From assembly GCA_002328625.1 (NCBI GenBank), contig DCVC01000260.1:1-53489 (forward strand): a stretch of 53,489 nt of DNA. The letters run 5' to 3'. A program made the translations under genes and the position numbers. Shown here piece after piece: positions 26,512 through 36,700 of this stretch; position 1 is the stretch's first letter; each line of letters starts with the position of its first letter. Under the pieces are notes generated by a model. It had not been told where the DNA came from and did not search any database. It saw only the letters and a program-made list of their open reading frames with translations. The DNA comes from Bacteroidales bacterium UBA2198. Its GTDB lineage: Bacteria; Bacteroidota; Bacteroidia; Bacteroidales; VadinHA17.

Positions 26512-29500
26512 CTACTTTGATGACAGATCAAAAAGATACTTTTTTGCCCAGATATTATTGATATTTAACTTTACTGCTTCCGTAAACTCTTGCCCGGCCT
26601 CTGTAAGCATATCTTTTCCCAGATAACCAAGACCAGCCAGGTAATGACCTTCAGATCTTCTATCATCCTGTGTGCCTCTTTCTCCGAATTTTTCGAAGAA
26701 ATCTATTTGTTCAGCTTCAATCCTGGCCTTTCCTGAACGAATCAAACCGTCAAACAACTGCTCTGCTTCTTCTTTCCTGCCCAGCTTCTTAAGAGATGAT
26801 GCCCTGTAGAAAGCTGTTTCAGATGAAACTCTCCGGTCGGATTCCCTCAGACTAACGGCTTCATTCCAGGCTTCCCTGGCTTTTCTCATATTACCCATTT
26901 TTTCATAAACAAGCCCGATGAAATAATATACTTCACCGGTTCGACCACCCCTGTATGCCTGGTCAATTATCATGTTATCGGGATACTTTAGCGCAGACAG
27001 ACCATCATTCAATGCTTCTTTATATTTTCCTTCTTTAAGATTCTTATGTCCTCTGAGCAACAGGGCATTGAGATATGGTGAGTATATCCTGTCAACACCT
27101 TCAAACTGCGGAAAAATCCTGCTCCTGAATATTTCCAATGCCCTGTCATATTGACCGAGCTGTACCAGCAGTAACAATTCCCTTGATAATCCTTCAACTA
27201 TATTATCATTGACAAGCATAACATGATTTGCCCCAAGGAATTTCAGTCTTTTAGCAGGATCTGTCCTTGCTGCAGCATACATGATATCCAGGTCATAGAA
27301 CCACCTCTGATCCTTATTATTGAGTGATATTGCTTTTTCGTAGCTGGCTATTGCCGCAGGCAGGTCGTTATTTGTTTTTGCATAGCCGTAGCCCAGGTTT
27401 CTGTGAACCATCGAGAATCCATCATCAATTTCCCTTGAAGCCTCCCACAGCCTGACAGCTTTTTCCGGCTGAAAATCATAAAGCAGATTACCAAGATAAT
27501 ATGGAGCTTTTGGATCGGACGGATTCGCTTTAATTGCATATTCAAGTATACCAATCTCTTCTATCCTGAAAGGGAAGCAGTAATCCGGCGAAGTCCTGGA
27601 GGCAAGTTTAAGAAAATCGAGAGATTTTGAAGCATCGCCTTTATTTGACCAGTAATAACCAAGATAATATGAAATCATGGGAGATGAGGTTCCAAAGTTT
27701 TCAGGTACAAGGCCGGGATTGGAAAGTACGTCTATTGCTTCATCAATGAGTCCGGCATTTGCATATCCTATTGAAAGTTCAAGGTATGACTCTGTATATC
27801 CCCTTAATTTATTCTTTAATTCAGAGAGTACTTCAGCAGATTCCTGATTTTTTCCAAGATTTTTAAGGGAAAGATACTTCTCATACCGTGCACAGAAATC
27901 AAGATGGTCAAACTTCATGGTTTCTGTACTTGTTTCAAGAGCTTCTGAATTATTGCCAAGCTTCCTCAGAACGGCCGATTTCAGATTCAGAGCCCTGTTG
28001 TTATTTGCATTTGTTGAAAGGGACCTGTCTAGATGTTCAAGGGCAATATCGAAATTGCCCCGCCCACAGTCGATCTCTGCAAGCTGTAAATAAGCAGCTG
28101 AGTGAAATGCATAACTCCAGGTAGCCTGATAAAGATTTTTGTAAGCTTCATCTTCTTTACCCAAAAAGCGCTGGCAGATACCAAGATAGTAGTATCCTTC
28201 ACCATCTCTTGGTTTTGTATAATTTGCCGTTATCCTGTTTACGGCAGTCTGCAAGTGTTCTTCTGCCTTGTTAAACATGCCTCTACTTAAGTAAAGTAAT
28301 CCAAGAGCGGTGTTTACCCTGTAGTCGCCGGAGTCTCTTTTCAGAGCTTCTTCATAATAGGGGTATGGTGTTAACGTGGCATTATGAAATTGTGTAAGAC
28401 GTAAGCCTGTCTGGTACAATTCTTCTACAGTACCGATCTGTCCTGGTTGCTTTGGTGGTTCTGCTACGGGAGGCAGAGGTAAATCCTGCTTTTCCACAGG
28501 CTGATAACTGATCAGCTCTTTTTCATCTGCAGTCAGCAATGCTATCCTGGTATCTGTTTCCCTGATAATTTCCGGAATAGGTATCTCTTTGACATACGGA
28601 TGTGCCGGGTCAATATTTATCTTTTCATCCAGGAATACTTCCCCGTTGATAGTCACTACTACTCGTGAACCATTTCTGGCTGATGTTGTATTTAAACCGA
28701 TTCGAGCCTTTCCTTTTGCAGGAAATTCAAGATTAACAGCAGCATCAATATTGGCATTTTTAACACCTCCTATTTCACGGATCGGATACCAGTACTGTTT
28801 AAGATATTTTGATTCATATGGTTGCAGCCAGCTATAGTCAGGCTGGTTATCGGAATATCCGCCGACCATGAGCTCAAGAGCAGGGCCGTCACTATCTGTC
28901 AGCGCTTTATCCCATGCCTTACCCCTGGGCCCGTTGCTCCAGGTCCAGAATTTCTTACCAGGTGCGATGTTATGATTCGAGACTATTATTGTGCCGGCAT
29001 TTTTTCCATGATCATAACCCCCCAGGAAATCGTCAGTGTAATTGAAGGCAAAAATCGATGTCCAGTCAGGGTGATTCTTCCACCAGCTTACATCAACTCC
29101 TTTGGTATAATCAATCCCATTAAAGACCTCATGTGATATAGGCCACCTGAGAAACTGATTCTTCGCATGATACGTTCCAAAAAGAGTTGAAGGAGGGAAT
29201 ATAACCTGGTAGTTGTCATTTGTGTGAACACTGGTGTTTGCAAAATATAAGAATGAATTTGTGAAAGGAGTGGAGTTCAAAGGCTTGAAAGTAACTTCAA
29301 AAAATGATTTGCCGGGATAAACTGAAATCCCAAGCATGAATTTCATCCTGTCTCTCAGTTCAAGTTCTCCAATCCACAAGGTTGCACTTCCGTCAGAATT
29401 AGTCTGAAGATCATAATCAACAGGCATGTAAGCATTCGGCCTGTGATGATGCGGGAAATTCCACTCAATTCCTCCTTCCAGCCAGGCACCAAGCATTCCG

Positions 29501-29886
29501 ACGAGTTGCGGTTTGATAACATGCTGACGGTAGATAAAATCATATTGATTTGTTTTATCAAGCGCACCCCATAACCTTCCGCCAATATCGGGGAAAACAT
29601 CGATTTTAATATACTCGTTTTCAAGGAATATCATTTTGTGTTCCTGGTCAACTTTCCTGTTTGTCAGGCTTTGGTTAAGCGGATAGGGATATATTCTTCC
29701 CTGAGCTCCCTGGTATGATCTCCCTTCGTAAAATATAGGGGTTGAGCTTGGCGGATCGACAAGATAGGTGGGAATGCTTACCGATTCTTCCCAAATCTGA
29801 ACAGGTTTGTTCGCGGGGGTTGTCTGTCCAAAGCTGCTTCCAAATGTTATGAGAAGCAGAAGCAAAATTACAGTTACTCTTAACAT
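26512..29886 (-). CDS. DUF5107-like N-terminal domain protein with a long C-terminal TPR array
   Basis: 1124 aa with a signal peptide. The N-terminal region (IPTYLVDPPSSTPIFYEGRSYQGAQGRIYPYP...FLENEYIKIDVFPDIGGRLWGALDKTNQYDFIYRQHVIKPQLVGMLGAWLEGGIEWNFPHHH) matches what I recall of DUF5107. The C-terminal half is repeated TPR-like helices (YYLGICQRFLGKEDEAYKNL..., YYFIGLVYEKMGNMRKAREAW...). Confidence 0.7.
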   Translation of the reverse strand: MLRVTVILLLLLITFGSSFGQTTPANKPVQIWEESVSIPTYLVDPPSSTPIFYEGRSYQGAQGRIYPYPLNQSLTNRKVDQEHKMIFLENEYIKIDVFPDIGGRLWGALDKTNQYDFIYRQHVIKPQLVGMLGAWLEGGIEWNFPHHHRPNAYMPVDYDLQTNSDGSATLWIGELELRDRMKFMLGISVYPGKSFFEVTFKPLNSTPFTNSFLYFANTSVHTNDNYQVIFPPSTLFGTYHAKNQFLRWPISHEVFNGIDYTKGVDVSWWKNHPDWTSIFAFNYTDDFLGGYDHGKNAGTIIVSNHNIAPGKKFWTWSNGPRGKAWDKALTDSDGPALELMVGGYSDNQPDYSWLQPYESKYLKQYWYPIREIGGVKNANIDAAVNLEFPAKGKARIGLNTTSARNGSRVVVTINGEVFLDEKINIDPAHPYVKEIPIPEIIRETDTRIALLTADEKELISYQPVEKQDLPLPPVAEPPKQPGQIGTVEELYQTGLRLTQFHNATLTPYPYYEEALKRDSGDYRVNTALGLLYLSRGMFNKAEEHLQTAVNRITANYTKPRDGEGYYYLGICQRFLGKEDEAYKNLYQATWSYAFHSAAYLQLAEIDCGRGNFDIALEHLDRSLSTNANNNRALNLKSAVLRKLGNNSEALETSTETMKFDHLDFCARYEKYLSLKNLGKNQESAEVLSELKNKLRGYTESYLELSIGYANAGLIDEAIDVLSNPGLVPENFGTSSPMISYYLGYYWSNKGDASKSLDFLKLASRTSPDYCFPFRIEEIGILEYAIKANPSDPKAPYYLGNLLYDFQPEKAVRLWEASREIDDGFSMVHRNLGYGYAKTNNDLPAAIASYEKAISLNNKDQRWFYDLDIMYAAARTDPAKRLKFLGANHVMLVNDNIVEGLSRELLLLVQLGQYDRALEIFRSRIFPQFEGVDRIYSPYLNALLLRGHKNLKEGKYKEALNDGLSALKYPDNMIIDQAYRGGRTGEVYYFIGLVYEKMGNMRKAREAWNEAVSLRESDRRVSSETAFYRASSLKKLGRKEEAEQLFDGLIRSGKARIEAEQIDFFEKFGERGTQDDRRSEGHYLAGLGYLGKDMLTEAGQEFTEAVKLNINNIWAKKYLFDLSSK

Positions 29887-30000
29887 GATAACTCTTTTTA
29901 AAGGTATAATTAATCAAATCAAGCTAAGATTTAGCGGTACCCTGCACCTCTTTCTTCAAGGTTGCTTAGCAGTGGATTACCCCAGAAAACATTTCATTAT

Positions 30001-31488
30001 TCAAAGATCGACGCTCCTGTAGTACACTTCATTCATCCTGAGCTCCTTTTTAAACTCTGCCAGGTTACAACCATAGCCGATGTGTACATATTCGATACTC
30101 ATCATCTCAGCAAAATCTTCAAGATAACTTGCATCTATCGCATTGCTGAAACCAGTGTGATGCGCTCCCCCTGCAATAATCCATGCTGCAGCTCCGGTTT
30201 TAAGATCAGGCAAAGGTTTCCAAAGAACACTTGCCACGGGCAGCTTTGGCATGTCAGGACATTTCACAACTTCAACATCGTTTACGATCATCCTGAATCT
30301 GTTACCCAGGTCAACAACCGATACATTTATTGCCTTCCCCGGAGCGGTTTTGAAAACAAACCTTGCAGGATCAGCTTTGCCTCCTATCGAGAGCTGGTGA
30401 ATTTCAACCTTTGGTTTTCCCAGGGCAATAGTAGGGCAGACTTCAAGCATATGAGCTCCCAGCACTCTCATTCCTGAAGGATTAAAATGGTATGTATAAT
30501 CTTCCATAAAGGATGTTCCACCCTGCAGACCTTCAGCCATTACTTTCATTGAGCGGACAAGGGCTGCTGTTTTCCAGTCGCCTTCGGCTCCAAAACCATA
30601 ACCATCTGCCATTAACCGCTGCACTGCTATTCCGGGAAGCTGCTTAAGCCCGTGAAGATCTTCAAATGTTGTCGTGAAAGCTTTAAAAGCGCCGTTTTCA
30701 AGAAATTTCCTAATCCCTGCTTCTATCCTTGCAGCTTCTTTAAGGGTATCCGAGCCTGCAACATCTTTATTGATCTCATATTCAGAGCTATACTCTTCGA
30801 GGAGCTTCTTAACTGATGCATTAGTTACATCATCAATGACTTTTACGAGATCCCCGATACCATAACCATAAACAGAATAGCCCATCTGAATTTGCGCACT
30901 CACCTTGTTTCCTTCTGTAACAGCAACATCACGCATGTTATCGCCGAACCTGGCAACTTTCATGTGCTTTGCATCATCGAATGCCGCGGCTACCCTTACC
31001 CATACTGCAATTTTTTCAATAGCCTCTTCATCCTGATAGTGTCCGACGACAACCTTCCTGTTCATTCTCATCCTGGCACCGATGAAGCCAAATTCACGGT
31101 CGCCATGGGCCGACTGGTTAAGGTTCATAAAATCCATATCAATTGTTTCCCAGGGTATATCGCGGTTCAGCTGGGTATGGAAGTGGAGGAGCGGCTTATT
31201 AAGCAGTGACAGACCCCTTATCCACATTTTGGCCGGCGAAAAAGTATGCATCCATGCAATAAGTCCGATACATTCGGATGAACTGTTTGCTTCGATACAG
31301 ATCTGAGTTATAGAATCAGGTGTTGTAAGCACAGGCTTAAATACGATCTTCTGATTTATTAAAGGAGATTTATCTAACGATGCTGCAATTTCCCCGGAAT
31401 TTTCTGCAACCTGCTTCAATGTTTCGGGCCCGTAAAGGTGTTGGCTGCCTGTTATGAACCAGATCTCTTTTAAATTAATACTTTTCAT
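30001..31488 (-). CDS. araA: L-arabinose isomerase
   Basis: 495 aa. It starts [24 protein letters not shown] and contains [27 protein letters not shown] and AHMLEVCP. These are canonical AraA blocks. Confidence 0.95.
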   Translation of the reverse strand: MKSINLKEIWFITGSQHLYGPETLKQVAENSGEIAASLDKSPLINQKIVFKPVLTTPDSITQICIEANSSSECIGLIAWMHTFSPAKMWIRGLSLLNKPLLHFHTQLNRDIPWETIDMDFMNLNQSAHGDREFGFIGARMRMNRKVVVGHYQDEEAIEKIAVWVRVAAAFDDAKHMKVARFGDNMRDVAVTEGNKVSAQIQMGYSVYGYGIGDLVKVIDDVTNASVKKLLEEYSSEYEINKDVAGSDTLKEAARIEAGIRKFLENGAFKAFTTTFEDLHGLKQLPGIAVQRLMADGYGFGAEGDWKTAALVRSMKVMAEGLQGGTSFMEDYTYHFNPSGMRVLGAHMLEVCPTIALGKPKVEIHQLSIGGKADPARFVFKTAPGKAINVSVVDLGNRFRMIVNDVEVVKCPDMPKLPVASVLWKPLPDLKTGAAAWIIAGGAHHTGFSNAIDASYLEDFAEMMSIEYVHIGYGCNLAEFKKELRMNEVYYRSVDL

Positions 31489-31540
31489 AATTTATTTTTA
31501 AGTTACACATGGTAGCACGGAGTGCACAGAGAGTTCGCTC

Positions 31541-31569
31541 CTTCCCCCTGGGGGAAGACAGGGAAGGGG
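31541..31569. other. GC-rich palindromic element between the symporter and araA
   Basis: cttccccc-t-gggggaag (31541-31557) is an 8+8 palindrome. It is followed by acagggaagggg, which offers an alternative pairing partner for the C-rich arm. It sits in the 98-nt symporter-araA spacer. Confidence 0.5.
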
Positions 31570-31586
31570 TAATTGCCATTTTCATC

Positions 31587-33239
31587 TTACCAGAAATATG
31601 CATAGAACCATACTATTACAACTATCACTAATCCTGAGAACAGCAGGTCCCAGTTATTCCAGCTTGCTCTTGTAATTGCCTTTTCTTCTTCCGTTGCCGA
31701 TCCGACATAAAGTCCGCGAATAGCTTCAGGATCCGCCTTCCTGGTTACCATGCTTGTTATTACCATAACCAATATTACGAGGAAGAACAATGCAATTTCA
31801 TAATGTAGCCAGTTGGGTGCAAGAAAAACCTGGTAAATAATACTATCCTGGTTTATGCCCGCGGCAAAGATCTTGAGTGCGAGTCTTAACATTCCAAGGA
31901 CAAAACCTGTGATAAGTCCAACAAGTCCTGCCACAGGTGTGGTTTTCTTTGAGGCTATGCCAAGAAGGAATACGGCAGCAATACCTGGTGCAAGCAGCGA
32001 CTGAACATCCTGAAGATATGCATAAAGAACTTTGCCAAGGCCCTTCATGACCGGTATCCAAAGAACTCCAAGGACAACCACAGTTACAGTTGCGATCCTT
32101 CCCACTTTTACAAGCTCGCTTTCAGAAGCTTCAGTTTTGAATTTCTTATAAAAATCAACCGTGAACAGTGTTGCTGAGGAGTTAAAGAGTGAGGCCAGCG
32201 AACTCATCAGAGCCGCAAGTATGCCTCCCACAACAAGGCCTTTGAAACCAATTGGCAGCAGTTCCCTGATCAGGACTGAAAAAGCAGAATCAGAATCAGG
32301 AAGTGTGATCATTCCTTTATAGTTCATAGCATAAGCAATCATTCCCGGGATGAGGAAGATGAATACCGGGGTAAGCTTGAACATCCCCCCGAGAATTGCA
32401 CCGCGGCGTGACTCAGTCTGATTTCTTCCCGACAGTACCCTCTGAACTATATACTGGTCGGTGCACCAGTACCAGAATCCTATTATTGCCGAACCAAGGA
32501 TAACGCCTGTCCATGGATATTCAGGATCTTTCGAAGACCTTATAAGATCTGTCATTGTGTCGCCATAGTCATTCACAGGCACTGCCTGGCATATCCGCAT
32601 CATCTCATCCCATCCGCCAAGCCTTACAAGGCCGATTATCAGAACAGCGAGTGATCCGACTAACAGTATTGGTGTTTGCAGCACGGATGTCCAAAGTACA
32701 GCTTTCATACCTCCCAGTGTAGTGTATATCCCTGTAAGCACCACAAGGCCGACAGCGCTGATCCAGAAAAAATCGATACCAAACATCGATTCGATACCGA
32801 ATACCTGTTTGAAAACAACACCGCCGGCATAGACTGTTACAGCAACTTTCGTGAAGACATAACTGACAAGTGAGATTATAGAGAGGATACTACGTGAACC
32901 TTTATTATATCTTTTTTCGAGGAATTGAGGCATTGTGAAGACCCCGCTTCTGTCATAAAAGGGAACAAAAAACCAGCCGAGTATCAGTATTATCCATCCA
33001 TGCATCTCCCAGTGTGCCATTGCCATTCCACTTGAAGCCCCTGCCCCGGCCAGCCCGACAAGATGTTCTGATCCGATGTTCGATGCGAATATTGATGATC
33101 CTATTGCCAGCCATGTGGCATCCCGGCCTGCAAGGAAATAATCTGTGGAAGTCTTATCCTTTTGTTTAGCCACCCAGATGATAATTGCAACCAGACCAAG
33201 ACAGAAGAGTCCCAGTACGATCCAGTCAATTGTACCCAT
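31587..33239 (-). CDS. Sodium:solute symporter (SSS/SGLT-like sugar transporter)
   Basis: 550 aa with about 14 predicted TM helices. It has the SSS N-terminal pattern (DYFLAGRDATWLAIGSSIFASNIGSEHLVGLAG) and the typical hydrophobic C-terminal tail helix. Confidence 0.92.
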   Translation of the reverse strand: MGTIDWIVLGLFCLGLVAIIIWVAKQKDKTSTDYFLAGRDATWLAIGSSIFASNIGSEHLVGLAGAGASSGMAMAHWEMHGWIILILGWFFVPFYDRSGVFTMPQFLEKRYNKGSRSILSIISLVSYVFTKVAVTVYAGGVVFKQVFGIESMFGIDFFWISAVGLVVLTGIYTTLGGMKAVLWTSVLQTPILLVGSLAVLIIGLVRLGGWDEMMRICQAVPVNDYGDTMTDLIRSSKDPEYPWTGVILGSAIIGFWYWCTDQYIVQRVLSGRNQTESRRGAILGGMFKLTPVFIFLIPGMIAYAMNYKGMITLPDSDSAFSVLIRELLPIGFKGLVVGGILAALMSSLASLFNSSATLFTVDFYKKFKTEASESELVKVGRIATVTVVVLGVLWIPVMKGLGKVLYAYLQDVQSLLAPGIAAVFLLGIASKKTTPVAGLVGLITGFVLGMLRLALKIFAAGINQDSIIYQVFLAPNWLHYEIALFFLVILVMVITSMVTRKADPEAIRGLYVGSATEEEKAITRASWNNWDLLFSGLVIVVIVWFYAYFW

Positions 33240-33461
33240 AAGAAGTCAGTTTTAAGGTTAATAAAAGATAAAAATTCATAAAACTTAAGTCAGTCACTTT
33301 TCCACTCGTCAAGTGAAGTCTGAATATATGAAATGATTCGTTGATTATCTGCTTTCCTGTTTCCACTTAGTGTGAACGGCTAAAGCATTCTTTTCTCATA
33401 TTCATTAATTTAGGGTAGATAGATCCTGTTATATGATGATTAAGATTTCTATTGATTTTAA

Positions 33462-33578
33462 TTATATAAGGAAAAGCATGCCAACCATAACAAACAGAAC
33501 CAGAATCAAGAAAATAATCAATTCCCATACTTTCAATCTTTTATTTTCACCATCTTCTTTTACCCTTAGATCATCCAT
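33462..33578 (-). CDS. Micro-ORF (38 aa) encoding a putative single-pass membrane peptide, copy A (intact)
   Basis: Too short to appear in the ORF track. The sequence from the ATG at 33578 to the TAA at 33462-33464 reads MDDLRVKEDGENKRLKVWELIIFLILVLFVMVGMLFLI*. A charged N-terminus is followed by a 19-residue hydrophobic helix. The first 14 codons are conserved in copy B and about 10 in copy C. It lies 222 nt upstream of the SSS transporter. Confidence 0.45.
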   Translation of the reverse strand: MDDLRVKEDGENKRLKVWELIIFLILVLFVMVGMLFLI

Positions 33579-33794
33579 ATTTTAAAGGTATTTGAATAAA
33601 ATTAGGCACATGGTTTTTAATTAAAAGCCTATTTTGTTTCAAATCCGACAAACAATGTTTCACAATAAACTATGTGTCAGTTTATATAAATTATGTAGCA
33701 GGAGAAAATTTGGCAAAGAAGATTCCAAATAGCAATTAAATCTGTTATAATGTTTAAGAACAGTACTTTACAGAGATTATTTCTTTATATATTC
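33538..33794. repeat. Long direct repeat, copy A (partner at 39546..39801)
   Basis: About 257 nt. By hand alignment there are 7 substitutions plus 1 single-base indel relative to copy B. It spans the first 14 codons of the micro-ORF, the conserved cis-element and the last 18 nt (including the stop) of the HTCS gene. Confidence 0.9.
33631..33705 (-). promoter_or_regulatory. Conserved cis-element, copy A (candidate HTCS operator/promoter)
   Basis: The minus strand reads CCTGCTACATAATTTATATAAACTGACACATAGTTTATTGTGAAACATTGTTTGTCGGATTTGAAACAAAATAGG. ACATAATTTAT (plus 33686-33696) and ACATAGTTTAT (33665-33675) start 21 bp apart. A third, weaker unit ACATTGTTTGT lies at 33648-33658. TGAAACA also occurs twice, 21 bp apart. 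Confidence 0.55.
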
Positions 33795-36700
33795 GGATGG
33801 AGTTTTTCCAAAGAGAGATTTGAAACATTTTGTGAAGTAAGCCGGTGATGTAAAACCGACCTTATATGAAACTTCCTCGACAGACAGACCACTATGTTCG
33901 AGGAGGTTGACTGCCCGTTTGAGTCTTAAAGTACGGATAAATTCAGAGGCAGACTGGGAAGTAAGAGCTGCAAGTTTCCGGTGAAGGCTGCTCCTGCTCA
34001 ATCCGATTTCCTTGCAGAACTTATCAGAACTAAAGTCAGGATCTGAGATATTTTTTTCTACAACTGATATTGCTTTCTGAATAAAATCAGCATCGATGGA
34101 TGTAACAGCAATATCTGATGGTTTAATTAAGAGTTCCTTACTGAATTTATTCCTGATGATTCTCCTATTTTCAAGAAGATTCCTTATCTGTACTTCAACC
34201 AGATCAATTGAAAAAGGTTTTTCAATATATGCATCCGCACCTTTTTCCAACCCTTCAATTTTGTTGTCCATTGATGATCGGGCCGTTAACATTATTATGG
34301 GAATATGACTGGTTCTGATCTCCTCTTTCAGCTTTTTGCACATCTCATTCCCATCCATGACAGGCATTATTATGTCAGCAATAATAATATCCGGGTTATT
34401 TCTAATGGCCATCTCAAGCCCGTTTAATCCATTAGAGGCTTCGCAAATACAGTAACTATTTTCGAAATGATCCCTGATATAGGTTCTGACTTCAACTTCA
34501 TCATCCACAACTAAAATTACAGGGCTCTTCGCTTGATTTCCAGGTTTATTATTTCTACCTGAGTATCTGCGGACATATTCATGCTCCTCAGTTAAGAGAT
34601 AAGATTGAAATGAACCCGTCATTTCTTTCTCTTCCCCGCTCACTCCTGATATCTGATCATCAGTCCAGATTTCGTTGCCTGTGGGCAGAAGTATCTTAAA
34701 ATTGGTGCCTTTATCTTCATCGCTTTGTATGAATATTTTACCCCTGTGAAGTTCGACCAGCTCTTTTGTTAATGCAAGCCCGATACCTGTTCCCCTCCGG
34801 ATGATAGAATCATGTCTTTCGATTCTGAAGAATCTCTCAAAAAGATGTCCCATTTGTTCCTGCGGAATACCTATGCCATTATCCTTTATTGTTATTTCAA
34901 TATACTCTCCATCAGGAATATCTAAGGAGGGATCAATTCCATTTTGCACCATTCTGCAAGTCACCTGGATTAATCCTCCATCCGGAGTATATTTGAATGC
35001 ATTTGACAGCAAGTTATACATGATCTTTTCCAGGCAGCTTTCGTCAAAATAACTTTCGCTGGCTTCAAATTCAGAAGTAAACTCCAGATTCATTGATCGC
35101 TGCTGAGAAATTTCATCAAATGAGCTGGTAATTTCTCTTAATTTTTCAACGACATCCCCTTTCTTCAATCTGAGTGTCATCTTGTTAAGATCAATCTTCC
35201 GTAAATCAGTGATCTGGTCTGTCAATCTTAAAAGCCGGTCCGCATTCTTCCTTATCAGAGTTGTTTGCTTAGCAAGTCTGGGATCATTTGCAACTGAAGC
35301 AATGATATTTTGCAAAGGAGCAAGGATCAATGAAAGCGGCGTACGAAACTCATGTGAAATATCGGTTAAGAGCTCCATTTTTACATTATAAAGCGCCTCT
35401 GCTTTTTCCCTTCTTACCTGCTGAAGCTTTGCATCATGTATTAAACGGGCTCTCATAAGTATTAACCTTCGGAACAGGTAAAGCAAAAAAATAAAGGCTA
35501 TTGAAAACAAGACAAGTGCAAAGGGGGTTCTCCACCATGGCGGCAATATCCGGATAGTCAAAACAGCTGGTTTTTCATTCCACACACCATCGCTGTTTGA
35601 GGCTTTAACCATGAACTGATATAATCCCTGCTCCAGGTTTGTGTATGTAACATATCTTCTGTCATAAGCGGTATAGATCCAATCCTGGTCAAAACCTTCC
35701 AGTTTATATGCGTACTGGGTTTCCTCCGGATCAAGGTTGTTCAAAGCGACAAATTCAAGAGAAAATGCTCTTTCAAGATGGGTCAATGTTATCTTATCTG
35801 TATACGGTATACTTTTGGATAGTATCTTTCTTCCATTTATTTCATCTCCTATCTTCACTTCTTTGTTCTGGATAACTAATCTTGAAATATAAACAGGATA
35901 TAATGTGGTATCATTCATGATCTTTTCCGGAAAAAAGCTGATGAGCCCGTTAATTCCGCCAAAAAATATTTCGCCATTCTCACTCTGGCAGCCGGCATCC
36001 CAGATAAAAGCATTTGACAGTATGCCATCACTTTCGTAATAGGTATTGATTTGTTCTGTTTTCGTTACCAGCTTTCCTAATCCATGATTTGTACTGAACC
36101 AGATATTATCATCCTTGTCACCTGCTATACTATATACGGAATTATCAGGAGCGCCTCTTGATTTATCATATTTTATAAATTCCATGCCTCCATCTTTTTC
36201 AGTAACTTTAATCAGTCCATTAACATTTGAAGCAAGCCATATTACATTATTTTTATCTTTATATATTTTAAGAAAGCCGTTGTCAATTTTTGAATTTCTA
36301 ATGTCAGTTATGTTATCATAAATAACCAGACTATCTTTTTTATTTAGATTGGTTAAAAGGGTATCTGAATTGACATAGAACTTGCACAGCCCCCTGTTCC
36401 AGGAGGCGAACCAGAAAACATTCGGCGGCTCATAAACAACCGATTGTATATTAATTCCTTTCATCTCAGGCAATTGATTTACCTTGTCTCCGTAGTGAAA
36501 AAGTTGTTTGCTGGCTGGTTCGTAAAGATAAAAACCCTTTATTGTGGCAATCCATATCCTGCCTGCAGCATCTTCTGTGATATCAGGAACTTCGGTATGG
36601 TCTTCAAAGAGAAACCTTCTGAATTTCAAATCATCTGAAGAATAGATATTTTCAGCAACACAAAAACCATTATCAAATGTCCCTATCCATAATCTGTTTC

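Noticed and set aside
2112-30477. Many 60-170-aa ORFs lying antisense or out of frame inside large minus-strand genes (for example 2112..2555, 4125..4460, 11015..11446, 17124..17480, 19914..20234, 29962..30477)
   Set aside because: Each is fully embedded in a gene with strong family motifs. They have no recognisable domains and no plausible independent expression signals. They are typical shadow ORFs.
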